A stretch of 37,182 nt of DNA, from positions 1 through 37,182 of IMG/VR virus record IMGVR_UViG_3300027653_000005; one strand, given 5' to 3'. This DNA is from a virus (taxonomy: Duplodnaviria; Caudoviricetes). This document shows positions 17,423 to 26,108 of this stretch, piece by piece (the first letter of the stretch is position 1; every line of letters begins with the position of its first letter). The notes under the pieces are model-generated. The model saw nothing but the letters and a program-made list of their open reading frames with translations. It searched no databases and was not told the DNA's origin. The position numbers and the translations under genes were made by a program.

Positions 17423-18195
17423 GCCTCTGCCTCCTCTAGCTCTTTCGCCAACTCATCCGACACCCAGCGCAACCCCTTCGGAGTGACACGCACCGAGTGA
17501 GTAATCCGCAAACGACCATCATCAGACCGATACTCTTGAACCCTCTGAATCAACCGCTTCGCTCTCAAAGCCGCATATTGAGCGATATACCCCTGCTCAT
17601 TCGAGTTACGAGGCCGCGACACTTGCTTACGCTCCAACAACCATTGAAACAACCAGCGCTCACCAACCTGCAGAACTTTCGCAGCTTCCCGCACACTCAT
17701 CTCACCTTCAGCTTCCTGCACGCGGTTCGCGAACTCAACAGCCGGCGCTTGCTCTTCGATTTTCTCCTCCAACTCCAAACGCTTTCGCGTCATCTCGCCA
17801 ACAAGTGCCAACATTTTCGTCGGGTCAGCCAGAATCTCCTCAAAAGTCAGCTCCGCATCACCGCGCGGCCGGAAATACGCATCGACCAACGCCTCTTGAA
17901 CTTCCCACGCCAAATCGTCACCGAACGTTTTAACGAGCAGCAAATAACCCCGCTCGCTTATCAGCGTGATGCCTTGCGGTGCCGTGATGCCCATCTCTGC
18001 CGCTTCGTACGTATTACGTACGAAGTAATGGCGGCCTTCCACAAACCGATCTTTGTTGCGATTGAACGTGTTCCGAGCGGTGCCGCTCACGCGGCCATGC
18101 ACGCGGTCAATATCAGCCAACGTTACAACCCGCTGCCCGCCAATCTCCCGCACCTGCAACTCCGAATCAAGAACCTGAACAATCTCACTCATCAC
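17419..18195 (-). CDS. Antirepressor-like protein (ORF6N + KilA-C/ANT domains)
   Basis: QRVVTLADIDRVHG...NRNKDRFVEGRHYF is ORF6N-like. APAVEFAN...SVREAAKVL...LFQWL...VTPKG is ANT-like. Confidence 0.85.
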   Translation of the reverse strand: MMSEIVQVLDSELQVREIGGQRVVTLADIDRVHGRVSGTARNTFNRNKDRFVEGRHYFVRNTYEAAEMGITAPQGITLISERGYLLLVKTFGDDLAWEVQEALVDAYFRPRGDAELTFEEILADPTKMLALVGEMTRKRLELEEKIEEQAPAVEFANRVQEAEGEMSVREAAKVLQVGERWLFQWLLERKQVSRPRNSNEQGYIAQYAALRAKRLIQRVQEYRSDDGRLRITHSVRVTPKGLRWVSDELAKELEEAEA

Positions 18196-18829
18196 AATCT
18201 CCCTTCAACGCCCTTTGCAGCGCAAGGCGAATCAAGTGCGAGTTCGACCAACCGCAAGCAGCCGCACCCGCCACCAGCACGTCATGAACCGAGCGACGCG
18301 AACGAACAACAAAATGAGTTTCCACCGCCCCTTCCTTCAAGCCACGCAGCACACTCCGACCAGCATCACGCTCCGGCAACTCCATGCCCTCCGGCCAATG
18401 CCCCCGCTCACGCAACATAATCGCCGCACACCTCCGCACATGACCCTGCAACGAAGCCCCCAAGCCAGAAGCAACCTCAACAAGCCGAGCATGCTCCGAC
18501 GCGGAAATACGCACACCAATCTGCCCGAACTCTTCAACCCACAACTTCCCAGACGACGCACGAGCCGTACCCGGCGCTGCACGCGGCCGCTTCGGCTTAC
18601 GCTTCACAGGCTCCGGAGCTAACTTACGAGCACGAAACTCCTCAAGCGTCACGCCTCCCGGTGGAACGGCAAACACCTCACGATCATCACGCACCACGCG
18701 GTCACGAACTTCCGTATTAAACCCTTCAAGACGCTCAGCCGAAGCAACTAGCAATTCACCGAAACCTGGATGATGCTGCAACGCAGAAATAAACGCACGC
18801 CGCAGCCTTGGCGATAACCTACTCACCAT
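18185..18829 (-). CDS. Putative DNA-binding protein with two ribbon-helix-helix-like repeats
   Basis: IGVRISASEHARLVEVASGLGASLQGHVRRC and FVVRSRRSVHDVLVAGAAACGWSNSHLIRLAL; SD GAGGAGG. Confidence 0.55.
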   Translation of the reverse strand: MVSRLSPRLRRAFISALQHHPGFGELLVASAERLEGFNTEVRDRVVRDDREVFAVPPGGVTLEEFRARKLAPEPVKRKPKRPRAAPGTARASSGKLWVEEFGQIGVRISASEHARLVEVASGLGASLQGHVRRCAAIMLRERGHWPEGMELPERDAGRSVLRGLKEGAVETHFVVRSRRSVHDVLVAGAAACGWSNSHLIRLALQRALKGDCDE

Positions 18830-19334
18830 TGACCTCCTCACCGAACACGTGCTCACGAATCAAACGCCACATCTGACCTTCATCGATACGCTCACCAAAC
18901 TCGAACTCACCCGACGAAACAGGCTCCGCATTACCTTCAGCAACTAGGCGAACCATTTGCTCACGAGCTGCAAAGAACTCACCACGTCGACGACGAACAT
19001 CATCAACATCATCAGGCTCAACGCTGCGGAACAACGCCCCGTACTCCTCGACCGGTACAAGCGGCATCGCAATCATCAGTGGCAACTTACTACCCGCAAA
19101 TTCGGAGTACGCACCAAATTCGGAGTACCCGAGAATCTCATCGCTCGACCAGTCACGCAACCGCTCAATGCCCGCACCGGATAGAGTTCGATTTAACGCC
19201 CGCACGTGCGCCTGCACACCCGGCGCATCTGGCTCCTCAACATCAAGCGCGAACCGCTCCAGCACATCACTGTATGGAGCGATAAGCAATTGCCGACCGC
19301 CAGCAATGATCTCAATCTCAACAAACGCAGGCAT
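18819..19334 (-). CDS. Hypothetical protein
   Basis: 171 aa, TGATG-coupled. Confidence 0.55.
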   Translation of the reverse strand: MPAFVEIEIIAGGRQLLIAPYSDVLERFALDVEEPDAPGVQAHVRALNRTLSGAGIERLRDWSSDEILGYSEFGAYSEFAGSKLPLMIAMPLVPVEEYGALFRSVEPDDVDDVRRRRGEFFAAREQMVRLVAEGNAEPVSSGEFEFGERIDEGQMWRLIREHVFGEEVNGE

Positions 19335-19630
19335 CAGACTTTCCTTGCCTCGAACAACATCACACGCCGCGCCGTTACCCGCAACGCATCAGGCTCACCA
19401 ACAGGCTCACCCTCCGCATCAAGCAACCACACGAACGTGAGTTGCTCAACAGCTTCCCCATTGACCTTATCCAGCCGCCACAAATAAAAATCATGCGCAG
19501 CATCAACAACCGAGCGAGCACGAACCTCCGAGTAATCTTCCGGGTTCGCAGCAACCGCCACGCGATACTCCACAAGCGGCAGACGCACACGTGGATCAAT
19601 ATCAGCACTTTCAGGAACAAACACTTTCAT
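19334..19630 (-). CDS. Hypothetical protein
   Basis: SD GGAGG before the ATG at 19630. Confidence 0.55.
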   Translation of the reverse strand: MKVFVPESADIDPRVRLPLVEYRVAVAANPEDYSEVRARSVVDAAHDFYLWRLDKVNGEAVEQLTFVWLLDAEGEPVGEPDALRVTARRVMLFEARKV

Positions 19631-20028
19631 CTCAATACCTCCGGTAAAACATGCCCACCCAGTGCCGGGTAGGCACCCACCACGCGCAGAAACAAACCGC
19701 ACAACGCTTCCGCTTCCGCATCGTGATGCTCAACAATCTTCGCTAACAAGGAATCATCACGCCACAGCACCCACGCGTGACCGTTACGCCGCGCCGTGTG
19801 AACCGTGACACGCATGCCAGCGCGATGAAACTCATCACGCACAGCAGCCGACACAAGACCACGAACACGCACCAACGCCGTAGGCACCGTCAAACCAATA
19901 ACCTCCCACTTCCCGTCGACACGCATCCCAGCAATGCCGTAATCACCAGTGGCAATACCCACAGGGCCACCGGCCATCTCAACCTGCCGCACGAGACTCC
20001 GCAAGCGCTCAATCCCAATCGGACTCAC
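19627..20028 (-). CDS. Hypothetical protein
   Basis: SD GGAGG before the GTG at 20028. Confidence 0.5.
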   Translation of the reverse strand: MSPIGIERLRSLVRQVEMAGGPVGIATGDYGIAGMRVDGKWEVIGLTVPTALVRVRGLVSAAVRDEFHRAGMRVTVHTARRNGHAWVLWRDDSLLAKIVEHHDAEAEALCGLFLRVVGAYPALGGHVLPEVLR

Positions 20029-20230
20029 TCGCCGCCTCCATCTGCCGCGCCAAATACTCCTCAACAGAAGCACGTGGAATACGCCATTCACTATTGTGAC
20101 GAGTGCCGATCTTAAACGCGCCTTTCAATTGCCCACGCTTAATCAACGTTTGCAACGTACGCGGTGCAATCTGCAAATACTCCCGCACTTCGCTGCCCGT
20201 CATCAACTCACCTAAACCTGCTTTACTCAT
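20009..20230 (-). CDS. Excisionase-like HTH DNA-binding protein (HTH_17 / MerR-like)
   Basis: LMTGSEVREYLQIAPRTLQTLIKRGQLKGAFKIG...WRIPRASVEEYL; first gene of the leftward operon. Confidence 0.85.
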   Translation of the reverse strand: MSKAGLGELMTGSEVREYLQIAPRTLQTLIKRGQLKGAFKIGTRHNSEWRIPRASVEEYLARQMEAASESDWD

Positions 20231-20267
20231 TCATCCTTCCTTCCCCGCCCGCTCTGGGCGTGCCCTC

Positions 20268-20297
20268 ACCTTATCCCCACCACGCCGCAAATGTCAA
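20268..20297 (-). promoter_or_regulatory. Leftward early promoter
   Basis: TTGACA-18 nt-TAAGGT. Confidence 0.5.
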
Positions 20298-20314
20298 CAC
20301 GCTACGCCATCCGG

Positions 20315-20344
20315 TTGCACCCTCATAATCATTTGTGCTAATCT
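20315..20344 (+). promoter_or_regulatory. Rightward early promoter
   Basis: TTGCAC-18 nt-TAATCT, with an extended -10 TGc. Confidence 0.55.
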
Positions 20345-20379
20345 AAAAACGCGCAAAGCGCAGAAAGAAGGAACCCAGA

Positions 20380-22569
20380 ATGAAACAAGTCAGAATCGAA
20401 ACAATCGACCTCAAAAACTTCAAAGGCCTCACCGCCACCTACCAATTAGACGGCGACAGTCACCGCTTCAGCGGATGGCACGCCACCGGCAAAAGCCGCA
20501 TCGGCGACGCAATCATGTTCACCCTCGACGGAGCAGACCAAAAAGGAGAACAAAACCCCGAACAATTCAAAAACAACGACGCCGAACCCGGCGAACGCCC
20601 CGCACGCGTCACCCTCACCATCACCATCAACGGGAAAGAACACACCTTGCTGCGTGAAATCAGGGAACGCACACACGACGCAGACGGCCACCGCGTAGTA
20701 ACCGGCCACAGCACGTACTTTGAACTCAACGGCACCAAAGTCACGAAACGAGACTACGACGACTTCATCGCCGACGAAATCGGAACACCCGCCGACATCC
20801 GGAAAGCAATGCAATTGTGGGGAATCGTGCACCTCTCACCCGGCGAACTCCGCCAAGAAATCCTCTCAATCGCCGGCGACGTAACACTCCAACAAGTCGC
20901 CGACGCACACCCCGACGTAGCACCAGCACTCGAACTCGTAGAAGACGGCGACCTTACCAAGACCCGGAAAAACTTGGATCGTGAAATTCGCGCCATTTCA
21001 CCACAGAAAACGGAGTTGCAAAACCGAATCGACGAAAACCAGCACGCCCTCGACACGCTCGACAAGCCGGAGAATATCGTCGACCTCGAGCAAGCAGTCA
21101 CCAAGGCCGAGGCAAGCGAAACAGAAGCCCGCGCCACTCTCGAAGCGCTCGAACGCGGCGACAATACGGACGCTCGCAACAAAATCGCAGCCCTCGAACG
21201 AGAAATACACGAGTTGCGCGACGCCCAGACAAGCCGCCGAAAACAAGCAGTGGCGGCCGAGCGTCACGACCTTGAACAGGAAGCATCCGAGGCACAAGAA
21301 GCAGCCGACGAGAAACAAAAAGCGGCACGCGCCGCAGAAACCACCCTCGCCGACGACCAGCGCGACGAACGCCGCATGGCCATGGAAATCAAAGACATCG
21401 AGCAACACGTCGCCACCCTCAAAAAAGGCGTGGAAACCGCGCTCAAGAATCGTGACGACCTCCGCGAACAATGGGCAGAAGTATCCAACGAACCCGTAAC
21501 CGTCACCGCGAGAGACGTAACACCCAACGAGGCCGCCCTCATACAGGCCGCCCTCGACCTCGTAGTGGAACTCGACGAACTTGACCAGTCCGACCTACCC
21601 GACACGGCATGGAAAGCCGTAGACGCGCTCGTAGCAACATGCGACGCAACGAAATACGGCATGAGCGCCGAAGAAGCACAACAAGCAGCCGAAGCCGCCA
21701 AGCAAAAGAAACTCGACGACCTTGCCAAAACCGGGCAAGATGCCAACGAAGCCGTCGAGACGCGCCAAAAAGACCTCGACGCAGCCGCAGCAAACCTCGA
21801 AGTGCTGCAACAAGACCACGAAACAATGACCGGACAGGTCGCACTTTCACAAACAGCCGTCGACCAAGCACGAGCAGCCGAACAGGAAGCCACCAAGGCC
21901 GCCACCGCTGCACGTGACGCACTCGCTAACCTCGCAATGCCACCCGAAGACCCAACCGAATGGGAGCACCTCACACGGCAAATCGAGGAACTCAAGCAAG
22001 CAATCGACGCACCAGCCGAAAACCTCGACGCAATCCGCGCACAGTACGACGAAGCCAAGCAGGCCGCAACCGCTGCACGCGCCGCACTTGCAGATGCCAA
22101 GGCACTCGCCAACGTAGCGACGAGCACCGAGAATCGAATCGAACAACTCCGCAACCAATTCCAAGCCGTTGTCGAGAACCACGAACGCCTGCTACGCAAC
22201 CGAGACCTGCTTGACAAACTCGCACGGAAACAAGTCGAAATGCTCGACGAGAACCTCGCAAACACCTTCAAGGTAGCCAAGTTTCAATTACTCCGCATCA
22301 ACTTCGAAGGCAACCTCGAAGAAGTCTGCCGCATCTACACACAAGACGGCGTGCCATTCACCGCTACAAACGAAGCCGAGCAAGCAGAAATCGCGCTCGA
22401 CATCGCACTCGCCAAGCAACGCGCCATCGAAGTGAACGCCCCCATCATCGTGGATCGACGCGAAAGCTACTTATCGCTCCCAATGCACCTTGACGGGCAC
22501 CAATTCGTAACAATGCAAGTCACGGACACCCAAGGCGCACCCCTCACCGTAGAGAAAGTAGAGAAATGA
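20380..22569 (+). CDS. Rad50/SbcC-like AAA ATPase with a long coiled coil
   Basis: IDLKNFKG start, Walker A GWHATGKS, Walker B IIVDRRES. Confidence 0.85.
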   Translation: MKQVRIETIDLKNFKGLTATYQLDGDSHRFSGWHATGKSRIGDAIMFTLDGADQKGEQNPEQFKNNDAEPGERPARVTLTITINGKEHTLLREIRERTHDADGHRVVTGHSTYFELNGTKVTKRDYDDFIADEIGTPADIRKAMQLWGIVHLSPGELRQEILSIAGDVTLQQVADAHPDVAPALELVEDGDLTKTRKNLDREIRAISPQKTELQNRIDENQHALDTLDKPENIVDLEQAVTKAEASETEARATLEALERGDNTDARNKIAALEREIHELRDAQTSRRKQAVAAERHDLEQEASEAQEAADEKQKAARAAETTLADDQRDERRMAMEIKDIEQHVATLKKGVETALKNRDDLREQWAEVSNEPVTVTARDVTPNEAALIQAALDLVVELDELDQSDLPDTAWKAVDALVATCDATKYGMSAEEAQQAAEAAKQKKLDDLAKTGQDANEAVETRQKDLDAAAANLEVLQQDHETMTGQVALSQTAVDQARAAEQEATKAATAARDALANLAMPPEDPTEWEHLTRQIEELKQAIDAPAENLDAIRAQYDEAKQAATAARAALADAKALANVATSTENRIEQLRNQFQAVVENHERLLRNRDLLDKLARKQVEMLDENLANTFKVAKFQLLRINFEGNLEEVCRIYTQDGVPFTATNEAEQAEIALDIALAKQRAIEVNAPIIVDRRESYLSLPMHLDGHQFVTMQVTDTQGAPLTVEKVEK

Positions 22570-23243
22570 ACGAAATAAACTTCGACGCACTCGAACGGAA
22601 AGCCCAAGCCTTCGCAGCATCAGGCATGTTCGGGAAAATGAGCAAAGATGAGGCGCTAAGTCGCCTCATACTCGCTCACGACCTCGGACTCGGAGACGTT
22701 AGCGCAATGCGAGACATTTACCACGCCAACGACGGCAATATCGCCATCAGAGGCCCCGCATACGCCGCTAAGGTATCCAGCCACCCGAACTACACCTTCG
22801 ACATGACAGAATCAACACGGGAGCGCTGCACCATCACCCTCACCCGCAGAAGCGACGGGCAGTCATGGACAAGCACCCTCACGATTGAACAAGCCGAGCA
22901 AGAGGGCTTCTCAAACACGGAGGCATGGACAGCCAACCCGGATGCAATGCTTTACTACCGCCTATTATCGAAAATGGTGCGGTGGTACGCCGGGGATATT
23001 TGGAACAACAACACGATCTACTCAAGCGCCGACTTCACAGAAACTCAAAACGTTGCGCCAGAGAAACCAATCGACATTGACAACCTTCCAATCCCAGAAC
23101 CCGAACAGGTATCCTTGGAAGAACTCGACGAACCCGAAGAAACAACCGAACCCGTCGAGGAAGAAACCACTGAAACGGAGGAAAACACAGTGCCTGAAAC
23201 AGCCGAAACCAACACCGTATCCGCGAAAGACGCACCATTCTAA
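22566..23243 (+). CDS. RecT-like single-strand annealing protein
   Basis: Motifs LGLGDVSAMRDIY, LTIEQAEQEG and WTANPDAMLYYRLLSKMVRWY; acidic tail ending APF; position in an AAA-RecT-MBL module. Confidence 0.75.
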   Translation: MNEINFDALERKAQAFAASGMFGKMSKDEALSRLILAHDLGLGDVSAMRDIYHANDGNIAIRGPAYAAKVSSHPNYTFDMTESTRERCTITLTRRSDGQSWTSTLTIEQAEQEGFSNTEAWTANPDAMLYYRLLSKMVRWYAGDIWNNNTIYSSADFTETQNVAPEKPIDIDNLPIPEPEQVSLEELDEPEETTEPVEEETTETEENTVPETAETNTVSAKDAPF

Positions 23244-24256
23244 TGCTCATCTTCGAACAAATCGCAAGCAGCTCAGCGGGAAACATGTACTTGCTGCACG
23301 CACCACACACGAAACCCCTGTTAATCGAAGCAGGCCTGCCCATCGCAGCTATCACAGAACGGGTAAGCCTCGGCGGCCTATCCGGCCTGTTAGTCAGCCA
23401 CGAACACAAAGACCACAGCGCCAGCGCCGCCGCAATCACCGCACGAGGCGTACCAACCGTTGCGCTCCCAGAAACCGCAAAGAAAATCGGGATACGAGAA
23501 TCGAGAAACTACATCCCAGTAAAACCCCACGGAGTCAACGTACAAGTAGGCCCATGGCACGTACGGGCCATACCCGCAAGCCACGACGTACCATGCGCCG
23601 GGTTCGTCATCACACACCCCCAGCATGGCCGCGCACTGTTTTGGACAGACAGCGCAACACCACCGCCACTGATTAAGAACCTCAAGGTGGCTGCTATTGA
23701 AACAAACTACCGCCCGGAACTGTTGGAACACCGCCGGCAAGCCGGAGAAACAAGCAATTACCTCGCCCAACGAGTCAAAGAAACCCACCTAAGCATCGGT
23801 AAAGCCCTTGCGTGGATAACCGCGCAACACGCCAGGGAACCACTAGAAGCCGTACACCTGCTTCACATCAGCGCTAGGCATGGAGACCCCACAGCGTTCG
23901 CTAGCGCAGCGAGAATGGCCGCACCCGGCGCTAGCGTCACCGCACTTGGGGAAAAAGTCGCAACACCCTCACCCGACACCGTTTGCGTCACCCGTCACGA
24001 CGCACTCGCCCAGTACCTCAAAGAAATCGGACTGATAGACGAGAACACGCCGATACTCAAACGAGCAACACCCGACGAAATTCGCGGCAAACACGCCGTG
24101 GGAATCATTCCGTACTGGCTTGCGCGGTACGCCGCATCGGTAACGGTGATCCAATTGAATCGTCCGGCGGTTAATCGCAACCGGGAATTATCGTTGCCAG
24201 AAGTCAGGGAAGCAGCGGGTAAGCCTGTGACGTATCGAGTGGAGCAGATCAGTTAA
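23243..24256 (+). CDS. MBL-fold metallohydrolase fused to a C-terminal Csx16-like domain
   Basis: The N-terminal part has SSSAGN, HxHxDH (SHEHKDH), SHD, IETNY and LLHIS. Residues ~245-337 carry VTRH...G(I)IP.(W)LA...RELSLPEVR...TYRV. Confidence 0.8.
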   Translation: MLIFEQIASSSAGNMYLLHAPHTKPLLIEAGLPIAAITERVSLGGLSGLLVSHEHKDHSASAAAITARGVPTVALPETAKKIGIRESRNYIPVKPHGVNVQVGPWHVRAIPASHDVPCAGFVITHPQHGRALFWTDSATPPPLIKNLKVAAIETNYRPELLEHRRQAGETSNYLAQRVKETHLSIGKALAWITAQHAREPLEAVHLLHISARHGDPTAFASAARMAAPGASVTALGEKVATPSPDTVCVTRHDALAQYLKEIGLIDENTPILKRATPDEIRGKHAVGIIPYWLARYAASVTVIQLNRPAVNRNRELSLPEVREAAGKPVTYRVEQIS

Positions 24257-24315
24257 TCAATTGTGAGCCCGTTTACATTCGGCCTTAACATACCTTCATT
24301 CCTTGCCCGCACCGG

Positions 24316-24345
24316 TTGACAACGTTGACCCGTGCGGGTTATACT
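24316..24345 (+). promoter_or_regulatory. Strong sigma70-type promoter with an operator in the spacer
   Basis: TTGACA-18 nt-TATACT; perfect inverted repeat ACCCG-TG-CGGGT at 24328-24339. Confidence 0.75.
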
Positions 24346-24373
24346 TTATACAAGAAAGAAGGAGGAACCACCA

Positions 24374-24982
24374 ATGACCAAAGAAGCCTACAGCATCGCA
24401 ACCAAACACAACGGCCGCTACAACATCATCGCCACCGTCAGCTACGGGCACGTCACCGACCGCCCAGAAAAGGAGCCAACCATGCCAACCCTCGAAACCA
24501 TTTACATCGACACCACCCCAAACTCGCAGGACTTCCGCGACAACTTCCTCCACCAGCACGACGCACGAATCTACGCCGACGAAATCGGCCGCCGCGGACT
24601 CAACCAAGTCATCCAAGACGAAATGAACCAATTCGTACAAGACGATTGGGCCACGGCCGAAGAAACCGAAGAGAACACGCACGAACTCACCGCCGCGCAA
24701 TTCGCGGAAATCATGATCGAACACGTCGTGGACACGGTCGAAATCACCAGCCGCGACCCACACACGCACCTCAACTACGAAACCGTCGACGGCGACGAAG
24801 AAGCCGCCGTAATTATCGACCCCGCAATCGATGAATGGGAAGACGCGGCCGACGCGGCACTCAAAGCAGAAGGCCTCACGCGCGTCACCCCGTGGATTGA
24901 AAACGAGCACGGAGAAGTCACCTGCAAAGTCACTGTGCACAGCAGCCGCCGCGACATCATCCAGCTCGCCGGAATCAGATAA
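24374..24982 (+). CDS. Acidic hypothetical protein (candidate anti-defence; alternative start at 24482)
   Basis: SD AAGGAGG before 24374 and AAGGAG before 24482; very D/E-rich. Confidence 0.7.
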   Translation: MTKEAYSIATKHNGRYNIIATVSYGHVTDRPEKEPTMPTLETIYIDTTPNSQDFRDNFLHQHDARIYADEIGRRGLNQVIQDEMNQFVQDDWATAEETEENTHELTAAQFAEIMIEHVVDTVEITSRDPHTHLNYETVDGDEEAAVIIDPAIDEWEDAADAALKAEGLTRVTPWIENEHGEVTCKVTVHSSRRDIIQLAGIR

Positions 24983-25032
24983 CCAATAAGGCCCGGCCGG
25001 AGCCAGCAATCCGGCCAGAAAGGAACCCCGAC

Positions 25033-25260
25033 ATGAGCACCTCAACCTACAAACCAACCTACGGAGGCGAACCCCTCACGCACTGCGACAATTGCGGCAG
25101 GAAACTCGAATCGTACCAAGTCAGCAAATACCACGAGCTCGACGAGAAGCACGGCGTACCACAAGATGAGCGGTGGGCACTCTGCCGTGCGTGCGAATAC
25201 GAACGCGATGCGCTGCACGCCTACCTCGACAGCGTCAGCAACGACTACGAGCCAATCTAA
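25033..25260 (+). CDS. Small zinc-finger protein
   Basis: HCDNCG...LCRACE; SD AAGGA. Confidence 0.7.
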   Translation: MSTSTYKPTYGGEPLTHCDNCGRKLESYQVSKYHELDEKHGVPQDERWALCRACEYERDALHAYLDSVSNDYEPI

Positions 25261-25271
25261 GGAGCCAAAGC

Positions 25272-25367
25272 ATGATCACCGCCATTATCATCGCAGCAAC
25301 CGCATCAATCACCCTCACCGCCCTTGTAGCCCTGTACGACAGAATCGAGGAAACATGCAAAAAATAA
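25272..25367 (+). CDS. 31-aa single-TM peptide
   Basis: SD AAGGAG; MITAIIIAATASITLTALVALYDRIEETCKK. Confidence 0.55.
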   Translation: MITAIIIAATASITLTALVALYDRIEETCKK

Positions 25368-25579
25368 ACGTACAACACGCCAGCATCACCATCGAACACG
25401 ACACAAGCGGAGTCACCATCAGAATCGAACCAAGAGAACAACCAATGGGCGAACTCATTCCACTCGCCCAATACGCGCGGGAAACAGGCCAAAACGCCCG
25501 CACCCTCCGCACACACGCCAAGCAAGGCAAACTCCCCGGCGTGACAATCGTCAACGGCCGCTACATGATGCCGAAATAA
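25355..25579 (+). CDS. Small HTH protein (candidate Aca-like autorepressor)
   Basis: SD GAGG; LIPLAQYARETGQNARTLRTHAKQGKLPG...NGRYMMP is a MerR/HTH_17-like winged helix. Confidence 0.7.
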   Translation: MQKINVQHASITIEHDTSGVTIRIEPREQPMGELIPLAQYARETGQNARTLRTHAKQGKLPGVTIVNGRYMMPK

Positions 25580-25644
25580 CGTGTATACTCACTCTTGGAA
25601 GAACCCCGTGGGCACAGACGGGCACTCCATCTTCCATATCATCA

Positions 25645-25676
25645 GCGGCCCGCCAAACAACCCACCGGCGGGCCGC
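25645..25676. other. 10-bp GC-rich perfect hairpin between converging operons
   Basis: GCGGCCCGCC-12 nt-GGCGGGCCGC, with no adjacent U-tract. Confidence 0.55.
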
Positions 25677-25691
25677 CCTCCATATACAGTT

Positions 25692-25738
25692 AAATAAAAA
25701 AGAAATGGCGCTCACCCCCTCGCCGAGTGAACGCCATT
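25692..25738 (-). terminator. Intrinsic terminator of the late operon
   Basis: AATGGCG/CGCCATT + TCAC/GTGA stem, followed on the minus strand by TCTTTTTTATTT. Confidence 0.65.
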
Positions 25739-25814
25739 CCGCCGCGTGCCCGGAGCATCACCCAAGCCCCGAAAGGAGAAACACATACGCGCGTGTATGC
25801 ACCCTAATCCTAAA

Positions 25815-26108
25815 TCACTGCACCGCTTTACGCAACTCCGCAAGCACATCAAGAATCTCACCCAGTTGCTGCCCGCCATACACCGCTGCAATACCCAGCA
25901 TCGCAACAAGCATCACCATCGCACCCATAAAAATAAGCTCCCGCCTCTCCCACTTTTCCCGGTGCTCCGTGTTTTTCTCAACATTCTTCGCCATGATGGC
26001 AACTTGACCAACCACACCCGGGTCACCGTTGCCGTAGAAATCTTTCCACATCTTCGCGTGATTAGCCGCTATTTGCTGCGGCGTTAATTCCGGCAATGCA
26101 CTCACCAC
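25815..26108 (-). CDS. Membrane protein in the lysis cassette (C-terminal TM)
   Basis: Hydrophobic helix LIFMGAMVMLVAMLGIAAVYG; last gene of the late operon. Confidence 0.6.
   Translation of the reverse strand: MVSALPELTPQQIAANHAKMWKDFYGNGDPGVVGQVAIMAKNVEKNTEHREKWERRELIFMGAMVMLVAMLGIAAVYGGQQLGEILDVLAELRKAVQ

Noticed and set aside
20009-20230. Excisionase implying an integration module
   Set aside because: No tyrosine or serine recombinase is recognisable. The position as first gene after a promoter fits a Cro-like regulator better.
24995-25016. GGCCGGA/TCCGGCC hairpin as a terminator
   Set aside because: It has no U-tract and lies just before the next SD, so it is more likely a stability or processing element.
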